Source of the DNA: a virus
UHGV virus genome: UHGV-1361621
DNA length: 23,749 nt
Reading direction: 5' to 3' (one strand)
Position 1 is the first letter of the stretch; each line of letters opens with the position of its first letter. Position numbers and translations under genes: made by a program. Shown here in pieces: positions 23,592 through 23,749 of the stretch. The notes under the pieces were generated by a model. The model ran no database searches. It was not told the DNA's origin and saw only the letters and a list, made by a program, of their open reading frames with translations.

Positions 23592-23749
23592 TGAAAAAAT
23601 ACGCAGTATCAAAAGAAACATTTAACTATATCACATCAATTTTAGCAGACAAGCCAAGCCACCTTTTACATGACTGGGAGCAATGGTTAAATGCCAATAG
23701 CGTTGGAAGTGAGAGTTACAATGTTATCAAAGAGTTATCTCATTTTGAT
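23591..23749 (+). CDS. 5' part of an early gene running off the window edge; in phase with 1..261
   Basis: ATG overlaps the ERF stop (TAATG). 53 complete codons remain open to the last base of the window. Confidence 0.5.
   Translation, partial: MKKYAVSKETFNYITSILADKPSHLLHDWEQWLNANSVGSESYNVIKELSHFD

Noticed and set aside
1-23749. Search for tRNA, rRNA, CRISPR arrays, integrase or attachment sites, and transposase or insertion-sequence ends
   Set aside because: No cloverleaf-compatible GC-rich segments, no spaced direct-repeat arrays, and no tyrosine or serine recombinase or transposase-like ORFs were seen. The element looks strictly lytic (no repressor or integrase module) and free of insertion-sequence-type mobile elements.

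Overview
The window reads as an essentially complete, circularly permuted genome (about 23.7 kb, AT-rich) of a small virulent siphovirus of a low-GC Gram-positive host. There are no rRNA, tRNA or CRISPR features.

Layout:
- Control region 18401-18770: a roughly 370-bp non-coding region with tandem consensus sigma-A promoters on the + strand and a -10-only promoter on the - strand.
- Early operon, rightward, 18639/18771 to the window end, apparently continuing in frame into 1-3594. It holds about 30 small genes. The recognisable ones are an AAA_25/RecA-fold ATPase, a zinc-ribbon protein, an ERF-type single-strand annealing protein, an SSB with a C-terminal DLPF tail, several very acidic proteins and a run of tiny membrane peptides.
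- Late operon, leftward, 18400 to 3969: 17 tightly packed, translationally coupled genes. In order: a 47-aa protein, a RuvC-like resolvase, a CHAP lysin, a 288-aa morphogenesis protein, a protease-like/scaffold/HK97-fold capsid fusion, a connector, the major tail protein, G/GT tail chaperones with a -1 frameshift site, a 710-aa tape measure protein, an HNH endonuclease, the large terminase, three large adsorption/tail-tip proteins and a holin.
- Convergence region 3595-3968: both operons end at this repeat-rich non-coding stretch, the best candidate for cos.

The overall plan strongly resembles the prolate-headed lactococcal c2-like phages (early and late genes diverging from an ori/promoter region, l1-l17-like late cluster with lysin third and holin last). 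That resemblance is inference from gene order and content, not from a search.

The main points worth a second look:
- the candidate cos repeat block at 3595-3968;
- HNH and TerL sitting in the middle of the structural cluster with no identifiable TerS;
- the protease-like/MCP fusion with a truncated protease N-terminus;
- a strong SD followed by an in-frame ATA-initiated Cys/His extension of the first early gene;
- a cassette of three overlapping tiny transmembrane peptides;
- duplicated promoter/leader modules;
- strongly acidic early proteins that could be DNA mimics or anti-defence factors.
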